A stretch of DNA of 64,000 bases from Azolla caroliniana (lineage: Eukaryota > Plantae > Polypodiophyta): positions 1,054,001-1,118,000 of the forward strand of contig JBHGNT010000022.1 of assembly GCA_043228905.1 (NCBI GenBank), written 5' to 3'. How positions within the stretch are numbered: the first letter of the stretch is position 1; every line of letters starts with the position of its first letter. Below are positions 63,801-64,000 of this stretch, one piece after another. The notes under the pieces are model-generated. The model ran no database searches, was not told the DNA's origin, and worked only from the letters and a program-made list of their open reading frames with translations. The translations under genes were made by a program, and so were the position numbers.

Positions 63801-64000
63801 GCTCGTCCTGGTGTGAGTAGTTGTTTCGAGGCTCGAGCTGGCGAACTATGGCGGTTGTCGTTCTGTTGAGCAAATTGTATTCACATTGTTCAGTCGTATG
63901 TAACCAAGAATGGAAGATTGGGCAGGGAGGGCAGTGAGGCCACTCAATAGCTAAATGGCCAGAGCCCGAGTAGGCCGTGCATTGGAGAGCCTATCAGAAG

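Larger units (their letters stand above)
50890..64000 (-). mobile_element. Athila-like (non-chromovirus) Ty3/gypsy with extra 3' ORF; runs off the window; putative 3' LTR ~50890-51370 (boundaries uncertain)
   Basis: Gag knuckle CFKCNQLGHYTTQC (about 63350-63310), PR IINGGSGVNVI, RT KVKEEIDKLL..WLSPIVVVPKKNG..FLDDF, RH HVDHS..W..LLQEFDF, IN PFQKWGFDFVGP..DQGGHF..WTGPFWI. The RT is split by the 56810-61992 insertion (MNPYYA|VKVKEE rejoins). Confidence 0.88.

Overview
Eukaryotic plant DNA, most likely a bryophyte such as a moss (inferred from the retroelement types). The only clear host gene is a three-exon, minus-strand LURP-one-related (Tubby C-terminal-like) gene at 1863-3655, whose first intron is almost entirely microsatellite. 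From about 6.1 kb to the end, the window is a deeply nested, decaying retrotransposon cluster. It holds two L1-like LINE remnants, Tto1/Tork-like Ty1/copia copies (families A and B), four pieces of a second copia family (C) with an extended Pol tail, an Athila-like Ty3/gypsy with an extra 3' ORF, and five insertions of a tRNA-Trp-primed Ty3/gypsy group. That last group is the most interesting. It makes 4-bp TSDs centred on CpG. Its autonomous-type copy has a canonical -1 frameshift cassette (G GAT TTT, 7-nt spacer, H-type pseudoknot) placed after the protease. It also has a gag-only non-autonomous partner that shares the PBS and a pre-PPT hairpin. No rRNA, intact tRNA or CRISPR array is supported.
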